Shown piece after piece: positions 11,735-22,519 of a stretch of 64,000 nt of DNA. Under the pieces are notes generated by a model. It ran no database searches, was not told the DNA's origin, and saw only the letters and a list, made by a program, of their open reading frames with translations. The position numbers and the translations under genes are program-made. Numbering within the stretch: the stretch's first letter is position 1; every line of letters begins with the position of its first letter. The stretch lies in assembly GCA_050114915.1 (NCBI GenBank), contig JASFRN010000002.1:76-64075 (forward strand), in the 5' to 3' direction. The stretch is from Gemmatimonadales bacterium. Lineage in GTDB: Bacteria; Gemmatimonadota; Gemmatimonadetes; Palauibacterales; Palauibacteraceae.

Positions 11735-12507
11735 TTCGCCTCAAGACCGCCGACGAGATCGAAACGATCGGCCGCGCCGGACGGATCGTGTCCGACACCC
11801 TGGCCCACGTCGCGAAGCTGGCGCGGCCCGGGGTGACCACGGCGGCGCTCGACGAGGCGGCGGAGGAGTTCATCCGCTCCCACGAGGGCGCGACGCCGGC
11901 GTTCAAGGGACTGTACGATTTTCCGGGCACGCTGTGCACGAGCCTCAACCAGGAGGTGGTGCATGGCATCCCGTCGGCGCGCCGGGAGCTCGCCGAGGGT
12001 GACGTGCTGAGCGTCGACGTCGGCGTGAAGCTGGAGGGCCTGTTCGCCGACGCGGCGGTCACGGTCCCGATCGGTCCGCAGCCGCCGGAGACGGAGCGGC
12101 TGCTGGAAGCGACCCGGGAGGGCCTGGCCGCCGGCATCGAAGCCGCCCGGGTGGGCGCGACGATCGGCGACGTGGGTGCGGCGATCCAACGAGTCGTCGA
12201 GGCCCGGGGGTACAGCATCGTGCGGGAGCTGGTCGGCCACGGGGTCGGCCATCTGCCCCACGAGGATCCGCAGGTCCCGAACTACGGGCGGTCCGGCAGC
12301 GGACCGCGGATCTGCGAAGGCCTGGTGATCGCCATCGAGCCGATGGTGAACCTGGGATCACGCGAAGTGCGGACGCTGGAGGACGGCTGGACGGTCGTCA
12401 CGGCGGACGGCAGCCTGTCCGCACACTTCGAGCATACCGTGGCGGTGACCGCCGAGGGTCCGAGGATCCTCACGGGGGCGCGGCCTCGGGTCAGCATTCA
12501 GGAGTAG
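11731..12507 (+). CDS. map: Methionine aminopeptidase type I
   Basis: ATG at 11731 overlaps the adk stop (ATGA). [11 protein letters not shown]... The metal-binding residues are pattern-consistent. Confidence 0.9.
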   Translation: MIRLKTADEIETIGRAGRIVSDTLAHVAKLARPGVTTAALDEAAEEFIRSHEGATPAFKGLYDFPGTLCTSLNQEVVHGIPSARRELAEGDVLSVDVGVKLEGLFADAAVTVPIGPQPPETERLLEATREGLAAGIEAARVGATIGDVGAAIQRVVEARGYSIVRELVGHGVGHLPHEDPQVPNYGRSGSGPRICEGLVIAIEPMVNLGSREVRTLEDGWTVVTADGSLSAHFEHTVAVTAEGPRILTGARPRVSIQE

Positions 12508-12511
12508 AGTC

Positions 12512-12730
12512 TTGGCCAAAGAAGAACCGATTCAGATGTCGGGCGAGGTGATCGAAGCCCTGCCGAACGCGATGTTCCGCGTGAAGCTCGAGAACGGGCA
12601 CGAGATCACCTGCCACGTATCGGGCAAGATCCGGATGCACTACATCCGCATCCTGCCCGGGGACGAGGTGACGGTGGAGATGTCCCCGTACGACCTCACG
12701 AAGGGACGGATCACGTATCGGTTCAAGTAG
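12512..12730 (+). CDS. infA: Translation initiation factor IF-1
   Basis: 72 aa, [30 protein letters not shown]... Confidence 0.95.
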   Translation: MAKEEPIQMSGEVIEALPNAMFRVKLENGHEITCHVSGKIRMHYIRILPGDEVTVEMSPYDLTKGRITYRFK

Positions 12731-12747
12731 GCCGAATTCGGCCGGAA

Positions 12748-12776
12748 TTGAAATCGTTCCTCGAAACAGCTATCTT
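12748..12776 (+). promoter_or_regulatory. Putative sigma70-type promoter for the rpmJ-rpsM-rpsK-rpsD-rpoA-rplQ (alpha) operon
   Basis: TTGAAA, then 17 nt, then TATCTT, inside a conspicuous AT-rich island immediately after the infA stop. Confidence 0.35.
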
Positions 12777-12817
12777 AGAAAGCTCTTTCGTGAACGGCAG
12801 ACAGGGGTGAGAAGGGC

Positions 12818-12934
12818 ATGAAAGTGCGTTCCAGCGTCAAGCGGATGTGCGAGCACTGCAAGATCGTGCGGCGGCGAGGCATCGTCCGCGTGATCTGCAG
12901 CCGCAATCCGAAGCACAAGCAGAGGCAGGGCTGA
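12818..12934 (+). CDS. rpmJ: 50S ribosomal protein L36, zinc-ribbon form (missing from the ORF track because it is under 60 aa)
   Basis: ATG 12818 through TGA 12932-12934 gives [38 protein letters not shown]. It lies between infA and rpsM as in other bacteria. Confidence 0.85.
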   Translation: MKVRSSVKRMCEHCKIVRRRGIVRVICSRNPKHKQRQG

Positions 12935-12937
12935 GGC

Positions 12938-13318
12938 ATGGCGAGAATCGCGGGAGTCGATCTTCCCCGGGGCAAGCGCGTCGAAGTCGCGCTGACCTAC
13001 ATCTACGGCATCGGTCGCTCGACGGCCCAGGACATCCTGGCCGACACGGCGGTGGATCCCGACATCCGGGTCGAGAACCTGACGGACGAGGACGTCAACA
13101 AGCTGCGCCGGGTCATCGACAATCGGTACAAGGTCGAGGGCGCGCTGCGCACCGAAACGTCCATGAACATCAAGCGGCTCATGGACATCGGGTGCTACCG
13201 CGGCCTGCGCCATCGTAAGGGCCTGCCGGTGCGCGGACAGCGCACCCACACGAACGCCCGGACCCGCAAGGGCCCGCGCCGCACCGTGGCCGGCAAGAAG
13301 AAGCCGCCGAAGAAGTAA
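12938..13318 (+). CDS. rpsM: 30S ribosomal protein S13
   Basis: 126 aa, [16 protein letters not shown]... Confidence 0.95.
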   Translation: MARIAGVDLPRGKRVEVALTYIYGIGRSTAQDILADTAVDPDIRVENLTDEDVNKLRRVIDNRYKVEGALRTETSMNIKRLMDIGCYRGLRHRKGLPVRGQRTHTNARTRKGPRRTVAGKKKPPKK

Positions 13319-13343
13319 CGAGAACAGGACGAACAGGTAGAGC

Positions 13344-13739
13344 ATGGCGAAGCCGAAGAGTGCGAGGAGCGGCGGTCGACGGAAGAAGGTGGTCGACGCC
13401 GAGGGGATGGCCCACATCAAGGCCACCTTCAACAACACGATCATCACGATCACCGACATGCAGGGCGGCGCGGTGGCCTGGTCGAGCGCCGGGAAGGCCG
13501 GATTCAAGGGCTCGAAGAAGTCGACGCCGTTCGCGGCGACGATCGCCGCCGAATCGGCGGGGCGCGAAGCCGCGGCCGCCGGGATGAAGCGCGTCCACGT
13601 TCGGGTGCAGGGACCGGGATCGGGTCGCGAGTCGGCCATCCAGGCGCTGCAGTCCGCCGGCCTGACGATCCGGTCGATCCGCGACGTGACGCCGATTCCG
13701 CACAACGGCTGCCGGCCCCCGAAGAAGCGCCGCGTCTGA
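13344..13739 (+). CDS. rpsK: 30S ribosomal protein S11
   Basis: 131 aa, ...[16 protein letters not shown]... Confidence 0.95.
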   Translation: MAKPKSARSGGRRKKVVDAEGMAHIKATFNNTIITITDMQGGAVAWSSAGKAGFKGSKKSTPFAATIAAESAGREAAAAGMKRVHVRVQGPGSGRESAIQALQSAGLTIRSIRDVTPIPHNGCRPPKKRRV

Positions 13740-13788
13740 ACCTCGACGCCGCGTAAGAAAAGACCCGAAGGAGAAGCAGAGAAGATAG

Positions 13789-14421
13789 ATGGCACGATAT
13801 ACCGGACCCGTCTGCCGCCTGTGTCGGCGGGAAGGCGAGAAGCTCTTCCTCAAGGGGAAGCGCTGTTTTACCGAGAAGTGCGCGATCGAGCGCAAGGGCT
13901 ACGCGCCCGGCATGCACGGCAATTCCCGCCGGCGTCGGCGCCAGTCGGAGTATGCCACGCAGCTGCGCGAGAAGCAGAAGGTCAAGCGCATCTACGGGGT
14001 GGGCGAGAAGCAGTTCCGCCGCCTGTTCGAGGACGCGGCCCGCGTGAAGGGCGTCACGGGTGAGAACCTGCTCGTGTCCCTCGAGTCGCGTCTCGACAAC
14101 CTCGTCTACCGGATGGGTTTCGCCGCTTCGCGCAAGTCGGCGCGGCAGCTCGTCCGTCACCGTCACGTCAAGGTGAACGGGGCGACGGTCGACGTGCCCA
14201 GCTACATGGTAGGACCCGGCCAGGAGATTTCGGTCGCGCCGTCCGCCAAAGACATGCCCCTCGTCCGCGAGGCCGTCGAGTACCGGAAGGGCAAGGACAC
14301 GCTCTCCTGGATCGGCGTGGACTTCGACAAGCTGACGGGCCGCATGCTGGAAGTACCCTCTCGAGCCGATATCCCGCTCGCCGTTCAGGAGCAGTTGATC
14401 GTCGAGCTTTACAGCAAGTAA
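13789..14421 (+). CDS. rpsD: 30S ribosomal protein S4
   Basis: 210 aa, MARYTGPVCRLCRREG... Confidence 0.95.
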   Translation: MARYTGPVCRLCRREGEKLFLKGKRCFTEKCAIERKGYAPGMHGNSRRRRRQSEYATQLREKQKVKRIYGVGEKQFRRLFEDAARVKGVTGENLLVSLESRLDNLVYRMGFAASRKSARQLVRHRHVKVNGATVDVPSYMVGPGQEISVAPSAKDMPLVREAVEYRKGKDTLSWIGVDFDKLTGRMLEVPSRADIPLAVQEQLIVELYSK

Positions 14422-14439
14422 CGAGGCAGCGCGATAACG

Positions 14440-15513
14440 ATGCTTGATCTTACCGGACTGGTCCTGCCGAGCACCGTCGAGGAACGTGATCGTTCCGCGG
14501 ACGGTCGGCGGGCCGAGTATGTTCTGCAGCCGCTGGAGCGCGGGTTCGGCCACACGGTCGGAAACTCCATCCGGCGCCTGCTGCTTTCGTCCCTCCCCGG
14601 GGCCGCGATCTGGGCGTTCCGTGCCGACGGCGTACAGCACGAGCACCAGACGATCGACGGCGTGGCGGAGGACGTTCACCAGATCATCCAGAACCTCAAG
14701 CGGTTGATCATCGTTCTCGACGAAGGCGTCGACGAGGCGAAGCTGGAGCTGTCGCTCCACAAGGCCGGCACCGTCCGGGCCTCCGCCATCGGCTCCGTGT
14801 CGGGCGTGGAGATCATCAACCCCGAGCAGACGCTGTTCACGCTGCAGGAGGACCTGCCGGAGAACCGGCCCCTCGTGCTCGAATTCTGGGTGAACCGCGG
14901 TCGCGGCTTCGTGGCCGCCGAGAATCACGAGAAGCCGGAAGAAGCGCCGGTGGATCTGATTCGGGTCGATTCGATTTACAACCCGGTGCTGCGCGCCAAC
15001 TTCGTGGTGCAGGAAACGCGCGTCGGCCAGCGGACCGACTTCGACCGGCTCACGCTGCAGGTCGAGACGAACGGGTCGATCGATCCGGGCGATGCGGTGG
15101 CGTATGCCGCCGAACTCGGCCAGACGCACCTCGGCTATCTGCTCTCCTTCGGCTCGGGCGACAACGGCGTCGAGACGGGCAAGCGGGAGCGACGGACCGA
15201 CGGGAAGCGCGGGGTGCCGGCCGACATGGCGGAGCTGCTCCGGTCGGAGCTGGCGGAGTTCGAGGGGATCTCGATCCGCTCGCGCAACAACCTCGACAAG
15301 GCCGACATCCACACGCTGTACGACATCGTCACCCGCAGCCGCGACGAGATCCTCGAGGTGCCAAGCTTCGGCGAGAAGTCGCTGGAAGAGGTCGCCGAGG
15401 TCGTGGCGCTCAACGGCCTGCGCTTCGGCATGAGCCTCGAGCGGGACGACGACGGGAACCTGTGGATCGTCGAGGACGACGCCGAATCCGACGAGGAGTC
15501 CGATGAGGCATAG
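14440..15513 (+). CDS. rpoA: DNA-directed RNA polymerase subunit alpha
   Basis: 357 aa with an acidic C-terminal tail, in the conserved position. Confidence 0.95.
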   Translation: MLDLTGLVLPSTVEERDRSADGRRAEYVLQPLERGFGHTVGNSIRRLLLSSLPGAAIWAFRADGVQHEHQTIDGVAEDVHQIIQNLKRLIIVLDEGVDEAKLELSLHKAGTVRASAIGSVSGVEIINPEQTLFTLQEDLPENRPLVLEFWVNRGRGFVAAENHEKPEEAPVDLIRVDSIYNPVLRANFVVQETRVGQRTDFDRLTLQVETNGSIDPGDAVAYAAELGQTHLGYLLSFGSGDNGVETGKRERRTDGKRGVPADMAELLRSELAEFEGISIRSRNNLDKADIHTLYDIVTRSRDEILEVPSFGEKSLEEVAEVVALNGLRFGMSLERDDDGNLWIVEDDAESDEESDEA

Positions 15514-15856
15514 GAAGAAGGGGCGCGAGCTCAGCCGCACCTCGAGTCACAAGCGGGCCATGCTCCGCAACATGGCCACCAGCCTGATCCAGCACGAGCG
15601 GATTCGCACGACCGAGGCGAAGGCGAAGGAGTTGCGCCCCGTGGTCGAGAAGCTGATCACGCTCGGCGGCACCGACGACGTGCATAGCCGTCGGCGGGCG
15701 CGCCGCATGATCCAGGACCGGGTGGCGCTCCAGAAGCTGTTCGACGATCTCGGACCGCGCTTCAAGGAGCGGCCGGGCGGCTACACGCGGATCTTGAAGC
15801 TGGGCGCCCGGAAGGGCGATGGCGCCGAGCTGGCGATCATCGAGCTGACGGAATAG
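15503..15856 (+). CDS. rplQ: 50S ribosomal protein L17
   Basis: 117 aa, [25 protein letters not shown]... Confidence 0.95.
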   Translation: MRHRKKGRELSRTSSHKRAMLRNMATSLIQHERIRTTEAKAKELRPVVEKLITLGGTDDVHSRRRARRMIQDRVALQKLFDDLGPRFKERPGGYTRILKLGARKGDGAELAIIELTE

Positions 15857-15895
15857 CGGAGAAGACCGGCCCCTGGCCGGGAAAGGGTGCGATTC

Positions 15896-16393
15896 ATGGC
15901 GCGTTGGAGGGACTCTCGCGGGGCTTCGCCCCTGCTGGTGGTGCTGGCGATCCTGCTGACGGCAGGCTTCTTCTACTGGCTGTACCTGCAGACCGGGACG
16001 GTCGTCGACGAGGTCGAGCCGCAGACGCAGGAAGAGGAGTCCGGCGGAATCGTCGACTTCATTCCGGCCCAGCTCACGGAGTCCCCGGAGACGCTGTACG
16101 GCGAGGAAGGCGTTCTGCGGAACGTCGGCGTCGCGCAGAGCCTCGGGCGCGGCGTGGTCACCGTGGACATCGGCGGCTCCAGCAGCTATCCCGTCCTGCT
16201 CGGGCCAGACATCATCTCGCGCGGCACTTCGCTGCGCGGCGGCGACCGCGTCACGGTCTACGGCCGCGTGTACGCGCTGAACGACTCGATCCGGGGCGCC
16301 TGGGTGTCGAGCGACGCCGTCTCGGGCAACAACCGAAATGCGATACCGGCGAGCCAGAGCTTCGTGCTCGCCGACTCCCTCACGTTCAACTGA
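15896..16393 (+). CDS. Hypothetical membrane-anchored protein (N-terminal TM helix, extracytoplasmic domain)
   Basis: There is an ORF with GGAAAGGG 8 nt upstream of the ATG. The hydrophobic N-terminus is LLVVLAILLTAGFFYWLYL. I recognise no family. Confidence 0.5.
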   Translation: MARWRDSRGASPLLVVLAILLTAGFFYWLYLQTGTVVDEVEPQTQEEESGGIVDFIPAQLTESPETLYGEEGVLRNVGVAQSLGRGVVTVDIGGSSSYPVLLGPDIISRGTSLRGGDRVTVYGRVYALNDSIRGAWVSSDAVSGNNRNAIPASQSFVLADSLTFN

Positions 16394-16403
16394 CGACGCA
16401 CCC

Positions 16404-16595
16404 ATGGCGAACTTCTGCTACGTCTGCAATAAAGGCCCTCGGACCGGGAACCGCGTGAGCAACGCGAACAACCGGGTGAAGCGGCGCTTCATGCCCAACC
16501 TCCAGACCGTGCGCATTCTCGAAGACGGACGGCGGCGGAGGGTCCGGGTGTGCACCCGGTGCATCAAGGCCGGGAAGATCCGCAAGGCACCCTGA
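16404..16595 (+). CDS. rpmB: 50S ribosomal protein L28 (Cys4 zinc-binding form)
   Basis: Internal ATG at 16404. MANFCYVCNKGPRTGNRVSNANNRVKRRFMPNLQ...CTRC carries two CxxC pairs. Confidence 0.85.
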   Translation: MANFCYVCNKGPRTGNRVSNANNRVKRRFMPNLQTVRILEDGRRRRVRVCTRCIKAGKIRKAP

Positions 16596-16718
16596 CCGGG
16601 TCGACGAGGTACCGGGAGCCGCTCCCGGCCGACCGGAGTCACCCGAGGCTCTGCCGTACGGCGGGGCCTTTGTCGCACATGGCGGGCACGCCGACGGACC
16701 GCTCCACGGAGGTCTGAC

Positions 16719-17738
16719 GTGAGAGTCCTCGTCACCGGGGCCGACGGATTCGTCGGCGAACACCTGGTCGCGGAGCTGCTCGAGGCGGGCCACGAGGTCT
16801 CCGCCTCGACGCTCACCCTGCCGCCCACCCGCGACACGCTCACCATGGAGCAGGTCGCCGCGGCCGACTGGAAGGCCGCGGACGTGCGTGACCACGACGC
16901 CCTGTACCGGCTCATCGCCGCCGTGCGTCCGGACCAGATCTACCACCTCGCCGGGTTCTCCTCGGGCGCCATGGCGCGCGAGCGCGCCGCGCAGGCTCTC
17001 GCGGTCAACGCCGGCGGCACGGTGAACCTCTGCGAGGCCGTGGCGGCGGTCCGCGAGGAGTTCGCCGACTTCGATCCGCGGATTCTCGTCATGGGTTCGG
17101 GCGATGCCTACGGTGATGCAGCCCGCGAGGGTGTGCCGCTGGACGAGCACATGCGCCTGCGGCCGGTCTCCGCGTACGGCCTGTCGAAAGCGGCCCAGGA
17201 GCTGGCGGCCCATACGTACCGGAGAGCCCGCGGGATGCGGATTCTCGTGATGCGCAGCTTCAACCTCGTCGGCCCGGGACAGGCCTCCCACTTCGTCGTG
17301 CCCGATTTTTGCACACAGGTGGCCGAAATGTGCTGCGGCCGGAGCCGCGAGGGCGCGCTGCACGTCGGCAACCTCGACGTCGAGCGCGACTTCACCGACG
17401 TGCGGGACGGCGTGCGCGCCTTCCGGATGGTCATGGATCTCGAGCAGCCCGAGGCGGCCTACAACGTCGCCAGCGGGCGGCCCGTGTCGATTCGTCGGAT
17501 CCTGGAGTGGATTCTCGACGAGGCGGGGGTGAGGCCCGAGATTGTCTCCGACGCGGATCGGCGACGCCAGGAAGTGCCGGTGATCCGCGGGGACGCGAGC
17601 CTCCTGCACCGCGATACGGGCTGGGAGCCGCGGCGCGACATCGAGGAATCGGTGCGAGAGGTCTATCGTTGGATCGCCCGGCGCTACGCCCGCCAGCAGG
17701 CGCCGGAGAAGGCCGCGACTCGGGGAACGGAAGCATAG
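16719..17738 (+). CDS. NAD-dependent epimerase/dehydratase family protein (nucleotide-sugar enzyme, specificity unknown)
   Basis: N-terminal VLVTGADGFVG Rossmann motif and a YxxxK motif (YGLSKAAQE). Confidence 0.75.
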   Translation: MRVLVTGADGFVGEHLVAELLEAGHEVSASTLTLPPTRDTLTMEQVAAADWKAADVRDHDALYRLIAAVRPDQIYHLAGFSSGAMARERAAQALAVNAGGTVNLCEAVAAVREEFADFDPRILVMGSGDAYGDAAREGVPLDEHMRLRPVSAYGLSKAAQELAAHTYRRARGMRILVMRSFNLVGPGQASHFVVPDFCTQVAEMCCGRSREGALHVGNLDVERDFTDVRDGVRAFRMVMDLEQPEAAYNVASGRPVSIRRILEWILDEAGVRPEIVSDADRRRQEVPVIRGDASLLHRDTGWEPRRDIEESVREVYRWIARRYARQQAPEKAATRGTEA

Positions 17739-17742
17739 TCCA

Positions 17743-19056
17743 ATGAACGTGACAGTCATCGGCAGCGGCTACGTGGGGCTGGTCGTGGGAGCCTGCCTGG
17801 CCGAGACCGGCAACAGCGTGGTGAGCGCCGACATCGACGCCGACAAGGTCGCCCGTCTCAACCAGGGCGAGGTGCCGATCTACGAGCCCGGACTCGACCG
17901 CCTGCTGCGGAGGAACCTCGACGAGGGGCGGCTCGAGTTCACGACGGACGTGGGCGCCGCCGTTCGCCACGGCGAGGTCGTGTTCGTCGCGGTCGGCACG
18001 CCGCCCGGAGAGGACGGCTCGGCCGACCTCAAGCACGTGCTCGAGGTGGCGAGCGTCATCGGTCAGAACATGGTGGACGAGAAGGTCGTCATCACGAAGA
18101 GCACGGTGCCGGTGGGTACGGCGCGCCTCGTTCGCGCGGAGATCGAGCGTCACACCGATCATCCGTTCCACGTGTGCTCGAACCCGGAGTTCCTCAAAGA
18201 GGGCGCCGCGGTCGACGATTTCATGAAGCCGGACCGCGTCGTGTGCGGCGTCGAGTCGGAGCACGCCCGCCAGGTGCTCGAAGAGCTGTACGAGCCGTTC
18301 GTGCGCAGCGGCAATCCCGTGATCTTCATGAACATCCCGTCGGCCGAGCTCACCAAGTACGCGGCCAACGCGATGCTGGCGACCCGGATCAGCTTCATGA
18401 ACCAGATCGCGCTGCTGTGCGAGGAGGCCGGGGCCGACGTCAATCTCGTTCGCAAGGGCATCGGCTCCGACGAGCGGATCGGGCAGGCGTTCCTGTACGC
18501 CGGGGCCGGCTATGGCGGCTCCTGCTTCCCGAAGGACGTCCGGGCGCTGATACGCACCGGGGAGGATCTCGGCGTGGATCTCTCGATTCTCCGGCAGGTG
18601 CACGAGGCGAACGAGCGGCAGAAAAAGGTGGTCGGCGAGAAGGTCCGGGCCCGCTTCGGCGACGACCTCGGCGGACGGCGCTTCGCCGTCTGGGGGCTGG
18701 CGTTCAAGCCGGAGACGGACGACATGCGCGAGGCCGCTTCGGTCGTGATCATCGACGACCTCCTGAACGCGGGCGCCGAGGTGGTGGTGCACGATCCGGT
18801 GGCCTTCGAAGTGGCCCGCGACTGGTATCTCGGCGACCGGGTCGAGTACGCGGAGGACGAGTACGACGCCTGCGAGGGGGCCGACGCGCTGATCGTGGTC
18901 ACGGAGTGGCAGCAGTACCGCAGGCCCGACTGGAAGCGTCTCGCGGGTCTGCTGTCCGCGCCGGTCGTGTTCGACGGGCGCAACCTGTTCCGCCCCGAGA
19001 GGATGCGGAGCGAGGGCTTCGAGTACTATCCGATCGGAAGGGAACAGGTGCGATGA
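17743..19056 (+). CDS. ugd: UDP-glucose 6-dehydrogenase
   Basis: 437 aa, [14 protein letters not shown]..., with a catalytic GGSCFPKD motif. Confidence 0.9.
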   Translation: MNVTVIGSGYVGLVVGACLAETGNSVVSADIDADKVARLNQGEVPIYEPGLDRLLRRNLDEGRLEFTTDVGAAVRHGEVVFVAVGTPPGEDGSADLKHVLEVASVIGQNMVDEKVVITKSTVPVGTARLVRAEIERHTDHPFHVCSNPEFLKEGAAVDDFMKPDRVVCGVESEHARQVLEELYEPFVRSGNPVIFMNIPSAELTKYAANAMLATRISFMNQIALLCEEAGADVNLVRKGIGSDERIGQAFLYAGAGYGGSCFPKDVRALIRTGEDLGVDLSILRQVHEANERQKKVVGEKVRARFGDDLGGRRFAVWGLAFKPETDDMREAASVVIIDDLLNAGAEVVVHDPVAFEVARDWYLGDRVEYAEDEYDACEGADALIVVTEWQQYRRPDWKRLAGLLSAPVVFDGRNLFRPERMRSEGFEYYPIGREQVR

Positions 19057-20030
19057 GAGTTCTGATCACGGGAGCGGCCGGGTTCCTGGGGTCCCACCTC
19101 GCCGACCGGTTCCTGGCCGACGGGCATTCGGTCGTGGGCGTGGACAATCTCATCACGGGGAACCTCGAGAACCTCGCCCACCTGGATAACGAGCCGCGCT
19201 TCGATTTCGTCGAGCACGACGTGACGACTTTCATCGAGGTGACCGGCGAGCTGGACGGGGTGCTGCACTTCGCTTCGCCGGCCAGCCCGGTCGACTATCT
19301 CGAGCTCCCGATCCAGACGCTGAAGGTCGGCAGCCTGGGGACGCACAACGCGCTCGGCCTCGCGAAGGCGAAGCAGGCGCGCATCCTCCTCGCCTCGACC
19401 TCGGAAGTGTACGGCGATCCGCTCGTTCACCCGCAGCCCGAGACGTATTGGGGCAACGTCAACCCGATCGGTCCCCGCGGCGTCTACGACGAGGCGAAGC
19501 GGTTCGCCGAAGCGATGACGATGGCCTATCATCGCTATCACGGCCTCGACACGCGAATCGTTCGGATCTTCAACACCTACGGCCCGCGGATGCGTCCCTA
19601 CGACGGGCGGGTCGTGTCCAATTTCATCGTGCAGGCCCTACTCGGCCGTTCGCTGACCGTGTACGGCGACGGGTCGCAGTCGCGCAGCTTCTGCTTCGTG
19701 AGCGACGAGATCGAGGGCATCTTCCGGTTGTTCCACAGCGACGAGACCGGGCCCGTGAACATCGGGAACTCCGACGAATTCACCATCCTCGAGCTCGCCG
19801 AGACCGTGCTCGACCTGGTGGGTTCCGACGCCGGCGTGCGTCACCTCCCGCTGCCCGAGGATGATCCGAAGGTGCGTCAGCCCGACGTGACGCGCGCCAC
19901 GCAGATCCTCGACTGGAGCGCGAAGGTCCCGCTGCGGGAGGGCCTGAAGCGGACGATCGACTACTTCCGGCGGCTGCACGAGTCCAAGACGCTCGGCGCG
20001 CCACCCGTGTTGACCGAGGACGACTCTTGA
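19053..20030 (+). CDS. UDP-glucuronate decarboxylase (UDP-xylose synthase-like SDR)
   Basis: ATG at 19053 overlaps the ugd stop (ATGA). [21 protein letters not shown]..., YDEAKR, and overall UXS-like. The track ORF at 18174 is an out-of-frame extension. Confidence 0.85.
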   Translation: MRVLITGAAGFLGSHLADRFLADGHSVVGVDNLITGNLENLAHLDNEPRFDFVEHDVTTFIEVTGELDGVLHFASPASPVDYLELPIQTLKVGSLGTHNALGLAKAKQARILLASTSEVYGDPLVHPQPETYWGNVNPIGPRGVYDEAKRFAEAMTMAYHRYHGLDTRIVRIFNTYGPRMRPYDGRVVSNFIVQALLGRSLTVYGDGSQSRSFCFVSDEIEGIFRLFHSDETGPVNIGNSDEFTILELAETVLDLVGSDAGVRHLPLPEDDPKVRQPDVTRATQILDWSAKVPLREGLKRTIDYFRRLHESKTLGAPPVLTEDDS

Positions 20031-20785
20031 CGGCGACGGGCTCGACCCCGCGTCGCCTGTCCGTCGTCATGCCGGTCTACAACGAGGCCGGCACCCTCGA
20101 AGAGATCGTGCGCCGCGTGGCGGCGACGCCGCTGAAGGCCGAGATCGTGGCGGTCGACGACGGCTCGAGCGACGGCTCCCGCGCCATCCTCGAGCGCCTG
20201 CGTGACGAGGGCCTGATCCAGCGGCTCGTGATCCACGAGCGCAACCGGGGGAAGGGCGCCGCCCTCGCCACCGGGTTTTCCGAGGCGAGCGGCGATTTCG
20301 TGATCGTGCAGGACGCCGACCTGGAGTACGACCCCGGCGAGTATCGCCGGCTGCTCGAACCGCTGCTCGACGACCGGGCCGACGTCGTCTACGGGTCCCG
20401 GTTCTTCGGCGGTGAGCCCCACCGGGTGCTCTACTACTGGCACTACGTGGGGAACCGATTCCTCACCTTGTTGTCCAACATGGTGACCAACCTCAACCTC
20501 TCCGACATGGAAACGTGCTACAAATGCTTCCGTCGGGAGGTGCTCGAGGGGCTGGTCGTCGAGGAGCGGGGTTTCGGGGTGGAGCCCGAGCTGACCGCGA
20601 AAGTCGCGCATGGCGGCTGGCGGGTGTACGAGGTCGGGGTGTCGTACAGCGGCCGCACGTACGCGGAGGGCAAGAAAATCGGTTGGAAGGACGGGGTTCG
20701 TGCCATCTACTGCATCCTCAAGTACGGGTTGCTGCGTCGCAGGCGCGGACACCGGCCGTCGCGGCCCGACCTGGCGACGGGCTGA
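20027..20785 (+). CDS. Family 2 glycosyltransferase, polyprenyl-phosphate sugar transferase (DPM1/ArnC-like)
   Basis: [18 protein letters not shown] and QDADLEYDP motifs. The start overlaps the previous stop. Confidence 0.8.
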   Translation: MTATGSTPRRLSVVMPVYNEAGTLEEIVRRVAATPLKAEIVAVDDGSSDGSRAILERLRDEGLIQRLVIHERNRGKGAALATGFSEASGDFVIVQDADLEYDPGEYRRLLEPLLDDRADVVYGSRFFGGEPHRVLYYWHYVGNRFLTLLSNMVTNLNLSDMETCYKCFRREVLEGLVVEERGFGVEPELTAKVAHGGWRVYEVGVSYSGRTYAEGKKIGWKDGVRAIYCILKYGLLRRRRGHRPSRPDLATG

Positions 20786-20786
20786 G

Positions 20787-21719
20787 GTGTCCGGTCGAGC
20801 CGGGAGGCTGCGGGCGGCGCGGCGCGGCGTCTTCCTGGCGCTCGCGGCCGCTCTGCTGGCCGCCTGCGGCGCCTGCGGTGGCGCCAGCGGCCCGGAGGAG
20901 CGCGGCGATCGGCTGATGGCCACCGGCGCCGTCGACGAGGCGATCGCCGAGTACAAGCTGGCGTTACGCACCCGCGGCGAGGACCCGGCGATCTTGCTCC
21001 GTCTGGGCAGCGCCTACGCGGGCCGCGGTGAGGTGGAGGCGTCCCTGCAGTACCTGCGCCGCACCCTCGAGCAGGATTCGTCGTACAAGGACGTCGTGGC
21101 GGTCGAGCTCACGCGCGCGGCTCGCGTGGCGATGGACGACGGGTCCCCCGACAACATGGCCCGGGCCCTGGAGATGGTGCTGCCGATGGGCATGGCCTAT
21201 CTGCCGCCCGATCTGAAGCTGGAACTGGCCCGCTACTACGCGGACCTGTCGGACTACGGGCACGCGCTCCCGCTCTACCTGTCCGCGCTCGACGACGGGG
21301 ACACTGAGCCCGCGACGTGGCTGGCGACGGCGGTAGCCTTCCAGGAGGTCGGGGGGTGCCGCGAGGCGCTCGACTATTTCGAGCTGTACCTCGACAGTCC
21401 GCGCGCCGACCGCGGCGACGGATCGGCGGCACGCTTTCAGTATGGCCAGTGTCTGTTCGAGGTGGCCGAGCAGGACCGCAGCGCGGGCCGGACCGCGCCG
21501 GCGCTCGAGAAGCTGGACCTCCTGATCGATCAGGGGGTTCCACGTACCCTGCTGGACCGGGCGCACTTCGCCCGCGGTGAGATCATGCGCCGGGCGGGGA
21601 ACCTTGACGCCGCCGAGGCCGAATACGAGAAAGTCAGAGAGTTGAATCCGGCGCGGACGGGCCCGCTCGTCCGCCTGGCCGAAGAGCGAATCCGCGAAAT
21701 CCGCTACGGAAAGTCATAG
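20787..21719 (+). CDS. TPR-repeat lipoprotein
   Basis: GTG start with signal peptide and lipobox LLAAC. TPR-like repeats follow. Confidence 0.6.
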   Translation: MSGRAGRLRAARRGVFLALAAALLAACGACGGASGPEERGDRLMATGAVDEAIAEYKLALRTRGEDPAILLRLGSAYAGRGEVEASLQYLRRTLEQDSSYKDVVAVELTRAARVAMDDGSPDNMARALEMVLPMGMAYLPPDLKLELARYYADLSDYGHALPLYLSALDDGDTEPATWLATAVAFQEVGGCREALDYFELYLDSPRADRGDGSAARFQYGQCLFEVAEQDRSAGRTAPALEKLDLLIDQGVPRTLLDRAHFARGEIMRRAGNLDAAEAEYEKVRELNPARTGPLVRLAEERIREIRYGKS

Positions 21720-21724
21720 ACCCC

Positions 21725-22519
21725 GTGTCACGAACGTCATCCCCGAGACCGCCGCGCACCGCGCGGCGCGTCACGACCACCTGCCTGCTGGTGCTCGCCG
21801 GCGTCGCGAGCACGGCTTGCTCCGTCGCGCTGCCGCCGCCGGATGCCACACCGACCGAGCGCTTCCAGTGGTCGCGCGACCGGTTCCAGCACGACAAGTA
21901 CAACGATGCGATCCGCGGCTTCCGGGATCTCCTGTTCCGTGAACCGTTGCACGCGACGGCGGACAGCGCCCGCTATCTGCTGGCGGAGTCGTACCTGCGT
22001 ACCGGGCAGAATCTCCTCGCGGCCAACGAGTTCCGGATGCTGGCGCAGAGCCGGCCGAACAGCCCGGTGGCCGACGACGCGCAGCTCGGGATGTGCCGCT
22101 CGTACTGGGAGCTCTCGCCGTCGATTCCGCGCGACCAGGAGTACACGCAGCGGGCGATCGAGGCGTGCACGCGACTCCTCGAGTACTTTCCGCGCAGCGA
22201 TCTCGACAACGAGGCGCGCGAGCTCATCAGCGACGCCCGCATCAAGCTCGCCGCCAAGCGCGCGCGGGTCGGAACCTGGTACTACGAGCGGAAATTCTAC
22301 GAGTCCGCGATCATCTACTTCGAGTCGACGGTCGACGAGTTTCCGGACGCGCCGGTGATTCCCGAGGTGCTGGCCAGGCTGTACGACAGCTATTCTCAGG
22401 TCGGCTTCCTCGCGGAGGCGAGGTCGATTCGGCAGACCCTGCAGGAGCGATTTCCCGACAGCCCCGAGGCACGCGCGCTGGGGCCGGTCGAGGGCGACGG
22501 GGCGCCGGCGAGCGAGTGA
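21725..22519 (+). CDS. Outer-membrane assembly lipoprotein, BamD/YfiO-like TPR protein
   Basis: Lipobox ASTAC and TPR repeats. Size and architecture resemble BamD. Confidence 0.6.
   Translation: MSRTSSPRPPRTARRVTTTCLLVLAGVASTACSVALPPPDATPTERFQWSRDRFQHDKYNDAIRGFRDLLFREPLHATADSARYLLAESYLRTGQNLLAANEFRMLAQSRPNSPVADDAQLGMCRSYWELSPSIPRDQEYTQRAIEACTRLLEYFPRSDLDNEARELISDARIKLAAKRARVGTWYYERKFYESAIIYFESTVDEFPDAPVIPEVLARLYDSYSQVGFLAEARSIRQTLQERFPDSPEARALGPVEGDGAPASE

Noticed and set aside
16596-16718. Hairpin CCGGGAGCCGCTCCCGG after rpmB, as a terminator
   Set aside because: A GC stem is present but no T-run follows. It is plausible in a high-GC organism but not supportable from sequence alone.
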